Assembly: GCA_964234715.1 (NCBI GenBank)
Contig: OZ174284.1
DNA from: Podarcis melisellensis
Lineage: Eukaryota
Reading direction: 5' to 3' (one strand)
Length of the DNA stretch: 64,000 nucleotides
Part shown: piece after piece, positions 25,184 to 37,693 of the stretch
Position numbering within the stretch: the stretch's first letter is position 1
Layout of the letters: each line of letters begins with the position of its first letter
The notes under the pieces: generated by a model
Seen by the model: only the letters and a program-made list of their open reading frames with translations
Database searches by the model: none
Told to the model about the DNA's origin: nothing
Translations under genes and position numbers: made by a program

Positions 25184-26951
25184 CTACAGCAGGGGGAGTC
25201 ACACATCAACAAATAGCATTGATACAGAAATTAGAGCAGAACAAAGAAAAGAGAAGGACAGAGAATCAGAAAGAACACAACGATGTTTTAGGGAAATCCA
25301 GAAAGGTTCAGGACTGCTTCACCTATAAGAAACCTTACACAGATTTCACTTACGTGTAGAGAATTAAATGCAATGTGTAGGAACACCGCCCCATATGATG
25401 AACACCTGTGTACTTTGTTGTGTGTGCCTGTTGCAAAAAACTCTTTCCTTCTTCATGACAGGTATATATAAATTAATCACAGCTGTCTATAGGGTTACAG
25501 GTAATTTCCTTGCCAAAAAGCAATATCTGTTCAGGGGGAAAAAATCATGCTTGAAAGTGCTCTTCGGTTCCAGAGCATTCATCAACTAAATTTATTTCTG
25601 ATGTGCAAATTTAAGTGAGCTGGTGGTAAAGGAATTCTGAGAACGTCACATTTGTAAACCTGCTTGAAGCAGAAGGTGCCAGATTATCTGTCTCCGAGAT
25701 GCAACTTTACAATATTCAGGTACAGAAATATTTTGGTCTGTTTAATAGCACAATTGAAGCTGCCTTGATCTCTGTTGTCTTTAACTCATCAGTGGCCTTT
25801 ACTGAAAATGCACTTTGTTCTTAAACAGGTCCTGCAAGAGATGTGTGAGTTTTCTGGCAAACGAGGACCATTTTGAAGCATTTTGTAACTGAACACCTCA
25901 TTTGGAAGAGCCCCACCCCCCAAAGATATATGTCTGATGAAACTGATCAGGTACCAGCCACCACGACAAAAAAGTGACTTGAGCAGCAAGGCTTTCTATC
26001 TCCACAAACAATCCTCAAAAGTGATTTAAAATGCCAACACCCTATAAATCCCTGAAGACTGACTATTATGCAGATTTATGGTTCCCAAACCTTTCAATAA
26101 CTGAGATACCTGCCTGTTCTGATCTGTAACTGATACTCCTTTAAGCAGTTAATGCAGAACTGTTCCCATTAGATGCAAGCATGAATATCTACACATAACA
26201 CTTTTTGTGACTCACTCTTGATTTCCCAACTACCTTAGGTGGTAATCCCTAGTTCAGACATGTGGTTTTCCACCGCCAATTAATCCATGTCTTAAGCAGT
26301 CATAAAGGAGCTGAGGAGAAAAAAATCCAATTTTTGATCCAAGTGCAAACCCCTATATAAATAAAAGCAGGGGTCCTTCTGGTCTGGAAGCAAAGCTTTG
26401 TCCTTTCTGCTGTTCATAGGCCTTTGCTTCTGGTTCCTAGTTCTGAGCTGTGATAAGACTCTAAACCTATGCAAACACATCCAAGCCAAATAAATACAAC
26501 CTCTGAACATTTCATCACCAACAGCCACAGAAACATGCCAAACTTTTCACTTAACCCACTTACTGAATCACAGTTCCAGCCCTGACTTGCCTCTTCACCC
26601 TGCTACTGAACTACTTCCTTGGCCTGCAGGCAAATCAGTCTTTCATTACTTCCCTAACCCTGGCAATGGACCTTTGAGCTCACCCAGCTGCCATCATGTA
26701 GGATCATAAAAAGCTACCTATAGAGCATTTATCCATCTAGATCAGTATAGCCTACACTGTCTGGTGGTAGGTCTCCAGGGTTTCAGTCAAGTCTCATCCA
26801 GCCCTACCCAAAACTGCCAGGGATTGAGCCCAGGGTGTTTTTGAATGCAAAACGTGCATTGTAAATTAAGCTTTGGCTCTTCCCCAAGCCTTTTGTTATG
26901 GAGGAGTACCTGTCTGTTGAACCGGCTCCTCAAATTATAATTCTGTTTTAA

Positions 26952-27935
26952 GCCTGAATGCAACATGTGACAACTGGGGTGCTGCAAGGTTCTGTCTTGG
27001 GCCCAGTGTTGTTGAATATCTTTATGAATGACTTGGATGTAGGTATAGAGGAGATACTCATCCAATTTGCAGATGACACCAAACTGGGAGGAGAAGCCAA
27101 TGCTGCAGAAGAGAGAATGGGGATTCCAGATGACCTCAACAGACTGCAGACCTGGGCCATAACTAACAAAATGAATTTCAGTAGGGACAAATGTAAAGTT
27201 CTATACCTGGGCAGGAAGAACCAGGTGCACAAATATAAGATGGGTGACACCTGGATTGCAAATAGTACATATGAAAAGGCTCTAGGGGTTTTAGTAGACC
27301 ACAAGTTTCATAGGAGTCAACATGCAGCAGCAAAAAAGGTGGAAAGCTACTTCTATTCTAGGCTGCATCAACAGAAGCACAGTGTCCCGATCAAGGGAAG
27401 TCACTAGTCCTGCTCTATTCTGCTTTGGTCAGACCACACTTGAAATACTGTGCCCAGTCCTAGGCACCACAATTTAAGAAGGATATTGACAAGTCGGAAC
27501 GTGTGCAGAAAATGGTGACTAAGGTGATCAAGGGTCTGGAAACCAAGCCTTATAAGGAACGATTGAGGAAATGTGGTATGTTTTAGCTTGCTAAAGAGAG
27601 ACTGAGAGGAGATATGATAACCATCTTCAAATATCTAAAGGGCTGTCACATGGAGCAAGCTTGTTTTCTTCTTCTCAGGAGGATAGGACCTGAACCAATG
27701 GATTCAAGTTACAAGAAAGGAGATTTTGACTAAACACCAGGAAGATCTTTCTGACAGTTAAGAGCTGTTTGACAGTGGAATAGACTCTCACAAGAGGTGG
27801 TGGACTGTTATTCTTTGGAGGTGTTTAAAGAGAGGTTGGATGGCAATCTGTCATGTACAATCTTGCTGAAATTCCTGCATTGCAGAGGGTTGGGCCGGAT
27901 GACCCCTGGGGTTCCTTCCAATTCTATGTTGATTC
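26952..27935 (+). mobile_element. CR1 LINE, 5'-truncated (RT C-terminal half plus 3' end), decayed
   Basis: VTTGVLQGSVLGPVLLNIFMNDLD...QFADDTKLGG RT motifs; frameshift after about 27330; CR1 3' end ending ccaattctatg. Confidence 0.93.
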
Positions 27936-28373
27936 CCAGACGTAAATTTGCAGACTGAAAAATGAAAGCCTGGAACAGTGTTACAGAGATGAAAACCAGA
28001 GAGAGAGGAGAGAGAGAGAGCAAGATAGGTTAGAGAAAATACAATTGTAATAAATGCCAACTTGATGAAGACCACCACCTTGGGCCCATATACTTCTTCT
28101 AAAGCTTTTTCATGGGACTTCCCAGTAGTCCGTAAACATGAGTCTCCAGCAGGTTTGCAGTCTTTGCACTGACTTCCAAGTTTTCCAAAAGAAATGGGAG
28201 ATGCACTTTATATTTGATTATCTATTCTGTATGATGGCAATCTGTGATCAATATGCCAGCCTGGGCTCCTTCAGGATCAATGGCAAGATATAAATTGAAT
28301 AGCATTGAAAAAATAAAATTAATATACGTATCCGAATCTGTATCATGAGAAGCAATTGAAACTATCTACTAAC

Positions 28374-28612
28374 CTTCACTTGAGACTTCTTCCTCTTCTT
28401 CCCCCTCCTCCTCCTCTTCTTCTTCCTCTTCCTCCTCTGCTTCATTATCATGATTCTTCTCTGTGTCCAGCTCTTCCTCACTCTTGCCCTTCAGCATGGC
28501 ATGTATCCGCACAGCCTCTTTCCAAGGCACACCACCCAGGTCAGAAGTGGGCTGCTGTTGCTGTTCCTCCTCCTCCTCCTCCTCTTCTTCTTCCATCTCA
28601 GATTCTGAACTA
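28374..28612 (-). CDS. MICAL3: MICAL3 acidic exon (SSESEM-polyE-QQQQPTSDLGGVPWKEAVRIHAMLKGKSEEEL...polyE-VSSE), phase 2/1
   Basis: ctgcag|T acceptor, GAAG|gttagt donor, 239 nt. Confidence 0.95.
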
Positions 28613-30491
28613 CTGCAGAGGAAAATCAGGAAAGTTAGTAGATGATACTTCAACAGGGTTTCCCCCCTGTGTGTGTAAGCAGATGATTGTTTTAAAATAA
28701 TCACAGCCAACAAAACAAAACAAACTGCCTCAAACCAGGTCAGAATATTTCTCCATCTATTCTAGGAGTGGGGAACTTTCATCCCATAGACCAATCTTGG
28801 CCTGCTAGCGAGTCCACGAGGCCACTTTTCCACAACCATTGCCACATGCTCCCCACCCCTGCTCTTGACTATGACAGATCAGGGTCATCCAAAACAGAAT
28901 TGAATCAGAATTTAGCACTGAAACACAACCTACATCCCAATTGTCAAGGGGTTATATTCCCCACTCCCAGTTTGAAGCCAGTTTGAGGTCTCTGCGGTCC
29001 CTTATTCCAAAAAGTCAAAAAGAGCCAGTTATGAGAGGAAGGTAAGCACTCAGACACAACCAGCATCAATGGAATGACAGCCTCTTTCATTTCAGCACAC
29101 GCCTTACTGAGGAATGATCCCATTAGAAGAAGAAAACAACATTTAATCTTTATAGGCCTGTTACATATTCCTCTTAGAAAAGCAAGCTCCTCCTCTCCTG
29201 GAGGCTAAATCAACAGGAATTCACCCTTCTTTTCTTTGTCATATGTTTTACCCTTTCCCCCTATCCATTTTTATTGGACAAAATCCAGCAGGAAATTCTC
29301 CAGTACAAAAAATATCTGAAAAGATTAAGAGGTACATATCTCCAACTCATTTCACTTAGAACTGTAGCAGCAAAAGTATACAGTAAATATATCTCGTTTT
29401 TGTTTTGTTTGTTCCTGGGAAAAATATTGTTACTTGTGTTACAATTAAGAGTAGCAGTGGGATTCTGTCTTTATTCACACAAACTGCGAAATCTTCCATT
29501 TGTTGCTTAGCCATCTATTTTCACAAAAGATGTGGGAACAGGTTTTTCATAACTTTTTAAAACAAGGCTGTTATGTGAAATTATGGGCAAACTTCAGAAA
29601 TGCATAATCCTTCTGGGAATTTTATCTAGACAAAGAAATGTTCATTGTGATTTTCTCAACTCCTAAGAATGTGTTTTTCCTAACATTTGTGTTAAGAATT
29701 ATTTTTTAAAAACAGCTTTTTATTTTAGTACATTGCCTGACAGATAGCTAGGCCCTCAAGGAGGAATGTTGGCTTTGCTTTGTTGGAAGAAGAAGAAAAA
29801 TCAGTTTTATGTTTACTGACACTTAAAAATAGTATGCAACTCCCTGTCAAAGTGCAGAACACGTGCTCAAATTACAAAAAAAAGTGGAATTCAGGTTCTT
29901 TCTTCTAAAATATTTCTTTTAAAGCAGAAAGGATCCTAGTGCAAGCTGTGTTCAAGTGGAAGAAAAGTGAGGTGAAGCTGCTTAACCCTTTTCCACCTTG
30001 AGAGGACTTTGTCCAGAAAGATGATCTGTAAATGCCTTTAAAAATGATAAACTAAAGTTTCCCTTTGTGTCATTCTTCAGCTAAAAATCATATTCCCCAA
30101 GTTCCTTTTCTACTTGCCGTGGATGGAGGGGGAGAGAACAAGGCCCAGCCAGTCACATCTCTCAGGACTGGGCACCTTCAAGCAAACTTTGGCCTGTAAA
30201 CTGGCTTATGATGCAATTTGTCTTATATGATTGTTTTGCAAGGATATGGTTGTTATTTCAATAGTAACTTTTTTTGGTTCTGTATTACTGCAAGTTTTAC
30301 TTCAAGTTTTTCAAAAGGTTTGAAAGTCATCTGTTCTCTAACTGGCCTATTCCTGCCTAGTGCTTTTTGGCTTGGCTTGTGGTTGTTAGAACTGTGAAAT
30401 GTATTTTAACTAGTTGGCTGAGAATGTTTTGGCTTCTGTCTAATATAGTGCTAAGTGCCCCATAAGCGCAAGAATTCCTGCTTGCGCAATG

Positions 30492-30770
30492 TAGGGCTGC
30501 CATACCTCCAGAATTTCCCAGACAATAGCCGGTATGCGGCTCTCTTAAACAGCATTTGGGCAGGAAATCGCTGAAACGTCCGTGAAAATCTGGATATGTG
30601 GCAGCCCATGTTGGAAGTGCAGATTTTTCTGAATTTCATTAAAAGTTGCTCAGAAACTCTGGCAAAAAAAACCAAACTGAACAACTCTGGCAAAAAAAAA
30701 AAAAAAGGAAAGGAAAAAGGTCAACAACTTTTGTGTCCAGATTTCCACTTTTTGAAATTTGGCAACCCTA
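30492..30770. mobile_element. Non-autonomous hAT (Tip100-like TAGGG[C/T]TGCCA ends) nested in another MITE
   Basis: TIRs tagggctgcca / tggcaacccta; 8-bp TSD gcgcaatg / gagcaatg. Confidence 0.85.
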
Positions 30771-31110
30771 GAGCAATGGGACTTCCTCCTCCTCTCCCCT
30801 CTGCACCCCATAAATCTGTTCTGGGGGTTCCCCCAACCCTCCAGAGTAGATTTGGAGAGGGCATACGGCATATGCAGGTGGAGAAAAGAGGGGAGAAAAT
30901 TCTGTTGCGCATGTGAGAAACCTTATTCAGCGTTGTACTGCATTTGATACAAACCTTATTGGTTTTAAAGGGGGAAACTCTAAGCCTTTTTGTATTATTG
31001 ACATTTTTTAAAACTTCTGTTTTTTCAAGCCACCTTGAACAGGCATTCTTTAGAAAGGCAGCCAAGTCATATTTTAAATAAATTAAGGCTTTTTGAAAAA
31101 GAAAAATAAC

Positions 31111-31306
31111 CTGCTGGGTACATCCTCTTCTGTTCCTTTGTCTAGCACGCTGCTCAGGTTGTGCTCTGCCAAGGTCTCCTCAGGGACTTCTTCCAACTCC
31201 TCTTCCCGTTGTACCGAGAGACGGTAATTCTCCAGTTCAATCCGCTCTGGTGTGCCACGCAGTCTCTTTGCAATACTGGGTTCCTCTACGCCATTTACAC
31301 TGGGAA
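31111..31306 (-). CDS. MICAL3: MICAL3 exon ((V)PSVNGVEEPSIAKRLRGTPERIELENYRLS...EEDVPS), phase 1/2
   Basis: ttccccag|TT acceptor, AGCAG|gttatt donor, 196 nt. Confidence 0.95.
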
Positions 31307-31795
31307 CTGGGGAACACAAAATAACAGGGGGGGGGGAGAGCATTATGAGCATTGATCCGGAATGTGAAAGCATTGTATTTGTTTCCATCAATGAGCCAAA
31401 TTTGATTCTGGTTGATTCTCCTAATAAGAGATTTGACCATGAAAACTGTTATTAAAAAGCAGGGTTTGAAAAAGAACTAATAAGAGGGAATTTCTGCTTT
31501 GTTTCTGGAAAATGTCTACCTTATATTGACAAGTAATGCAACGTAAGAGGTGTAGGCTTAATCCACACATGTCGCTCAGTGAGGAGACTGTTGGGTAGAG
31601 CAACCACCTCCAAGGAGAAAACTGAAGAAGAACCCCTTTCTTTGCTATGCTGCATTTCTTCCTACTAGAGTTCGATTGTTGTTGTTGTTGTTGTATTTTT
31701 TAAACCTAGGGGATCATTCAAAAATGGTATACAAGTCTGCTCTCCCACCTCAGTCTGTTGCATGCATGTATATGTTTATTCTCATTGGTTTGGGT

Positions 31796-32366
31796 TAGTG
31801 TTGCCAGACATCCCCGGTTCCCAGGGACAGTCCCCAGATTTGCAAATCTGTCCCCGAACAAAATCCGTCATCAGAATATCCCCTGATTTGCAAATCTGTC
31901 CCTGGGGAACATGGCAGCGGCAGCCTCAGCAGCCTGGAGCCAGTCTCTTAGTGCAGTTGGCTCTGGCTGGCTTCAGGAGTTGCTCGCTGCTCACTGCCGT
32001 GGCGCCCACCATTTTTCCTGCACCACAACAGTGAGCAGCTCCTGAAGCCGGCCAGAGCCAACTGCACTACCAGGCTGGCCCCTCCTGGGCAACTCCTGCC
32101 CGCTCGTGACTCCCAAGCCTCCCCTGATCTGTCAAAACAAAGGGGGAAAGAGATCGGGGAAGGCTCGGGAGTCACGGGCGCGGGGCACGCCGTTGCCCAG
32201 TCTCTGCTCATTTATGTTTCACAGGGTGCGAAAGAAGGGCTTTGCACCTTTATACAATATGCATGTGTGCTTGGGCCCAGGGTCTTTTGCTTCACTATCC
32301 CCACTACTGACTCCCTGTTGCTACTAAGCTTAAAAAAAAAAGTGTCCCCGGATTCTGGTAACCATG
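31796..32366. mobile_element. Non-autonomous hAT (Tip100-like) element with internal hairpin
   Basis: Ends tagtgttgccaga / tctggtaaccatg; perfect 8-bp TSD gtttgggt (31788-31795, 32367-32374); subterminal gtcccc repeats. Confidence 0.85.
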
Positions 32367-32582
32367 GTTTGGGTTAATAAATACAGAAATGCTATCACTT
32401 CTTCCCTCATTTCTCACTTATTAACATGGATTAGAATCCCCCTTTCAACTCTAAACAGAGCACTGAGTGAATCCATTAACTACCCTGACTATGAAAAAGA
32501 TGACCGATTAAAGCTTATTCATATTTCTTCTCCATTTTCTTAGGTATTTGGACCAGAGCTATGAAGGGTAAATAATAATAAA

Positions 32583-32740
32583 ATCATAGCACCATAGAAT
32601 TGTAGAGTTGGAAGGGACCATGAGGGTCATCTAGTCCAACCCCCTACTATGCAGGAATCTCAACTAGATCACACATGATAGATAGTCATCTAACTTCTGC
32701 TTAAAAAAAACTTCAAGAAAGGAGAGTCCACCACCTCTCA
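32583..32740 (-). mobile_element. CR1 3'-end fragment
   Basis: Reverse-complement similarity to 27790-27930 (catagaattgtagagttggaagggacc...ctagtccaacccc). Confidence 0.85.
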
Positions 32741-35467
32741 TAATGATGATAAAAACCAGCATCGCCAACACCACCATAACTAGACTCTGCCAAAATCGAG
32801 TTTTGTCATCTCCCAATGACAAACTCATAGAACCAGGAGGCACAGTCTGGAAATGTGGTCTATCAATCTTGGCTTACATAGCAAATGCAAAATGAATTTT
32901 GTGTAATGGAAGAGCATTGGGTGATGCAAGAACCAAGATTTTAAAAGTCAGTAAATCTCGACTCCTGTCCCCAAATTTTCAGGGGCTTAATATTAATGTG
33001 ACATTTCAAAACAGACTGAATAATGACCAAGTTCACATTTGCACTAGCATATAAATTTTGTTATAACTTCTGTTTTGATCTGTTCCATGTTTCTAGCAAC
33101 AGGACTATAAAATTCAGAGCAGGAAGACAACAGGCATAGGACATGATACAAGATTTTGTTAAGTGTTGGGGTCCTGGCAAAACTGCATTGCACTGCAATG
33201 ACCCCACTGCAATTATGTGCCTGTTTCCAGAGCACATAAAAAGGGGACTGTTGGCAGGATATGTAGTTACTGGAGTATTTTTACCATTTCAGGAAGAAGC
33301 AATAATTAGTTCAAGTTTAAGACATTCATAACACAACGATGGTTAGCAAGAAATGAGGTTAGTTTTAGAAACAAACTGGATAAATAGTCCTGTTAATGTT
33401 CATTTGATAAAGGTTAGTTTAACTGTTGATAACTGGAGTTAAACACTTATAGTTAGGATCACATTTCTATAATATGGTAACATGATTGTTTAAGATGGCT
33501 TAGTCTGTACGTTGATCTTTTTATATTATAATCTATGGCTATTTTTGTGTGTGTTAATTCCCCCTCCCCATAATATATGAATTGATTTTTGATGTCAACA
33601 CAGTAGACACTTATATCTTACTCAGGCTCCATTACCACAACAAACATATACCAAATATCCCAGTTAGGATTTACATAAATCTTTGAATACTGAATATTGT
33701 AGTTGATGCCAAAAGACATTTATGGTTAAAAAGTGTGACACACTTAATGGGAAGGGCATAGCTCACTGGTAGAACATATGCTATGCTTACTGAAGATTCC
33801 AGTTTTTATCTACATGTCCAGTTAAAAGGATCACTGTAACTGAAAGGCCCAATAACTTGGGAGAGATCCTGCTAGTTTGAGTGGGCAACACTGGCCTAGA
33901 TGGACCAAAGAATCTGATTAGTTGTAAGACAGATTTATATGTGTCTTATACCAGTGACTAAGTTTTGCATTCTGGGCAAGTTACAACAGCGATTATCCTA
34001 TCAGGGTTGTTGCAAAGGCAAACTGAGAAGACAGTATTTGGTAGTTTTATATGAAAAAGTATTCAGTATACAACCTCACTATCCATCCAGCCATCCACCA
34101 CCAAAGGAAGTTAAATAATTGTCACATTTACTATTAAAGTCAAGCAGATACAGTACCACTATTACACCAGTATTGCACACAGATGCGTCGCTTAAAAGTT
34201 CTATTATCCTGCTGCATTATTTTACGGGTAAATGTGCTAATATGGCGGTTAAAAAAATCTGGTTGTAAGATGTAAACATCCTTAAATAGACAAGTGTTTT
34301 ATTCCTCAACAGTTTTATGTTTTGGAAGCATTTGGCGATGAGCAGTACACAGATCAACCAAAAGGAGCTGTTTTTCATAAGTGTGCAGCCCGCTTAGCTG
34401 TTTTGTGAAAGCTGACAGAAGATTTATTTATTTCAATCCTTGACTGAGCCAACTTCTTGGTAGAAGGAATGCCAGGGACAGAGATAACATCACTCCTCTG
34501 ACGTGTCCTTTGGCTTTTTCCCTTGTATAGAATGTTCCTAAAATAATCTCCATTTTCTGTGACTTTTTAAAAAATTAAGCCAACTGACAGCTATTTGTCT
34601 GAACACCACCCGAACCCATAAAGTCAACCATCATTCCCCATTGCAATTTTGACAAAACAAATCAGAGACTGACTGGATTGTTGCCTCCTTTGCAATGGTT
34701 CTGCAGTGAGGGTAGGAAGCTAGTCAGCAACTACTGCTTCTGTGAGGTGCGTGGATTAGGATGGGCAGAAACTCTGAACATACATAAGCATTTATACTAC
34801 ACTTTATGCTGGCTGGAGCTGACGGGAGTTGAAGTCCAAAATAGCTGGAGAGTGCCAGGTTAGGGAAGTCGGTGTTAGAGGCCTCATGTACTTTGTCCAG
34901 GATCTTAAGGGCTGAGAAGCTAATTTTGTCAATATCAAGTAGACTTTACACTTTTTCGTAAACAGCAGTAGAATGTGAAACACAATAAACTCAAAAGCAA
35001 TTTGCAATATGGCAAAAAAATTAGCTGTTTAAAAAAACAATGAAGTCTACATGGTTTTCTACAGTGTAGGAAGAGGAATACTGGATAATTTGCTGTAGAT
35101 CAGCAAGAGCTTATGACTCCCAGTTGTTCAATAACCACAGCAAAAAGTTTCCCACACCACAAAGGCGGCAATTAAGAATCCCTGACCTGTACTCAGAAGT
35201 ATATTGTCAATTGCATATTCAAATTACCCCAGTGCCTGGGGTGGGTAAGTAGGTAATTGGCTCTGCCATTTTGTTTCTAGCTCTGCCCTTCAGTGATTAT
35301 TTTGTGCCTGGCTCCAGTTGACAGAACTCAGCATTTCAGGGGATTTTTTAAAAGTAGATCTCATAAGACTTCCCATGCTTGGTTGAAGTGTTTCTTTCTT
35401 TTAACCCTAGCCATTCTCTCTGTAATCCTTACAACAAATCTATAATATATGCCAGTGTTATCTATAT

Positions 35468-35603
35468 CAGTGTTTCCCAACCTTGTGCCTCCAGCTGTTT
35501 TTGAACTACAATTCCCATCATCCCTGACCACTGGTTTTGCTAGCTAGGGATGATGGGAGTTGTAGGCCAAAAACATCTGGAGGCACAAGGTTGGGAAACA
35601 CTG
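35468..35603. mobile_element. Young palindromic hAT-type MITE, 136 bp
   Basis: 27-bp perfect terminal inverted repeat (TIR) cagtgtttcccaaccttgtgcctccag; perfect 8-bp TSD atctatat (35460-35467, 35604-35611). Confidence 0.92.
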
Positions 35604-36460
35604 ATCTATATATTGTAGACATGGAGGTGGGGTAGGGGCTAGATCTGAGAAGGTAGCGGCTTGCATGGTGGAATCAGGGACATTCTTTTTCACAGCTCAA
35701 TCTTTTAGCCATTGTATTTGGAATCTGGGAATACATTATGGTCTGGGAATCAGAAGTAGAAATCAGCATTTGGTATCTGACGTGGAAGCCACTGAGACAA
35801 GCCTTAGTAGAGAGAAAACAAGCCCACAAAGAACCTAACCACAGAACTGCAAAGTGAACAGGTCAAACTGCATCTTTGCAGCTTCAGACCAGGCCACTGT
35901 GTTTGATAGAAGGTCACAGGAAAGCAAGAAAAGCTATTAAGAGAATTCTTAGCGGAATATTCTTAGATATTTTCCCCACATCAGACCTATCAGGGCTTTT
36001 AAAATAGGATCGTTTTGTACCATGCTGAGCAAAACTATGCACAAACACAATTATTTTGCATGTATTGTCTTCTTTTGAATTATTTGTTTTGTTTGTGCTG
36101 CTGGGTGCAGGAACAGAAGCCCCACAATATTGACCACAGGGCATCCTGCTCAGTCCCACCTCTGGAATCCAATATTTTACAAGCACTGCTCTTTTCCCAT
36201 ATACTTTGAAGCCCAAAAGGTTCTGCTGGAAGTAAATTGTCAGGATGTTCAGTTCTGTGCTAAACAATTCTGGTATTGACTTCTTTCCACCCATTGGGAT
36301 GGGGACAAATACTTTGAGTTAGAGGGAACTTCCATATTTTTCCTTGGTGATCCATTGCTTGGCTGTAATCATCAATTAACAATATGATTGTTCCCCCATT
36401 CCTTCCTCTCAAAACATCTCCGTAACTGGCTAGCATTTTTCAGTTTCTACCATGGCTGAC

Positions 36461-36660
36461 AAGGACTACAGCTCAGTGATAAAACACATGCTTCACATGC
36501 AGATGGTTCCAGGGTTCAATCTCTGGCATCCTCAGTTAAAGGATCAGAAAGCAGGTGAGATGGGAAAGTTTTTTGCCTGTGACCATGAAGAGATGCTGTC
36601 AAAGGAGACAGTGCTACGCAAAAGGGACCAATGATCTGGCAAAGGCCTACATGTGTTCCT
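36461..36660 (+). mobile_element. tRNA-derived squamate SINE, Squam3-like (related copies about 33749-33943 +, 40370-40548 +, 41664-41833 +, 26703-26885 -)
   Basis: Head agctcagtg.ta..acatgctt...ggttcaatc.ctggcatc; tail similar to tagatggacca...ggcag.ttcatatgttc. Confidence 0.6.
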
Positions 36661-37275
36661 AAATCATAACCCGATAAACTCCGGTCAAGTTATGTTGCTT
36701 TCAAATCATTGGCTTCAACAAGTGTCCAATCTAATGCATTCAATCAGAGCAGCTGCCAAATAAAACTATCAATGGCTGCATTTACATCAGAAGCATTATA
36801 GAAGCTTCCAATCCCTTGATTAATTAGAATACATAAGGCATTTTTTTTAAAAAAAAAAGGTCAATAGATGTCAGGAATACATTGTACTTTTTAAACACAT
36901 AGCAGCTAAGTAAATATCAGTGTGCACAATTCTATTCTGTAAGGTTGCCAGAGGCATCCAGAAAATATTGAATTCCATAAAAATCAACAAAGCTTTGTTG
37001 AGAAAGGTCACCGTCATCATCTTGTGATTTCAAAAAACTGAGCCAAATCCCAACGAAGGTACAAAACCAAGAGATAGCTCTTGGAACTCTGACCAGCCCA
37101 CCATCTCTTCTCGAGTCATTATCTCCTCCTCCCCCCCCCGCCCTGGACCACACCTGTAACTCATTTAATTTTCTTGGATGTTTTTACCTGGTTGGTATGT
37201 TAAACTCTCATAATGACTCATTTGCCTGGATGGAGAAGAGTGTTTGATGTGTGTAAAACTACACTACTGTGCCAA

Positions 37276-37693
37276 GTTGTTGTTGTTGTTTATTTATACC
37301 CCACCTATCTGGCTGGGTTTCCCCAGCCACTCTGGGCAGCTGCCAACAGAATAAAAACAGAATAAAATATCACACATTAAAAACTTCCCTAAACAGGGCT
37401 GCCTTCAGATGTCTTCTAAAAGTTAGGTAGTTGTTTATTTGCTTGACATCTAGTGGGAGGGCATTCCACAGGGTGGGCGCCACCACCAAAAAGGCCCTCT
37501 GCCTGGTTCCCTGTAACCTCACATCTCGCAGTGAAGGAACCGCCAGAAGGCCCTCAGCGTCCGGTCAGAACGATGGGGGTGGAGACGCTCCTTCAGGTAT
37601 ACTGGGCTGAGGCTGTTTAGGGCTTTAAAGATCAACACCAACACTTTGAATTGTGCTCGGAAACATACTGGGAGCCAATGTAGGTCTTTCAGG
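37276..37693 (-). mobile_element. L2-clade LINE 3' fragment
   Basis: Minus-strand peptide LKDLHWLPVCFRAQFKVLVLIFKALNSLSPVYLKERL (L2 ORF2 C-terminal motif), then 3'UTR and a short simple-repeat tail. Confidence 0.88.

Noticed and set aside
26958-27407. Functional reverse transcriptase gene
   Set aside because: 5'-truncated CR1 copy with frameshifts and stops.
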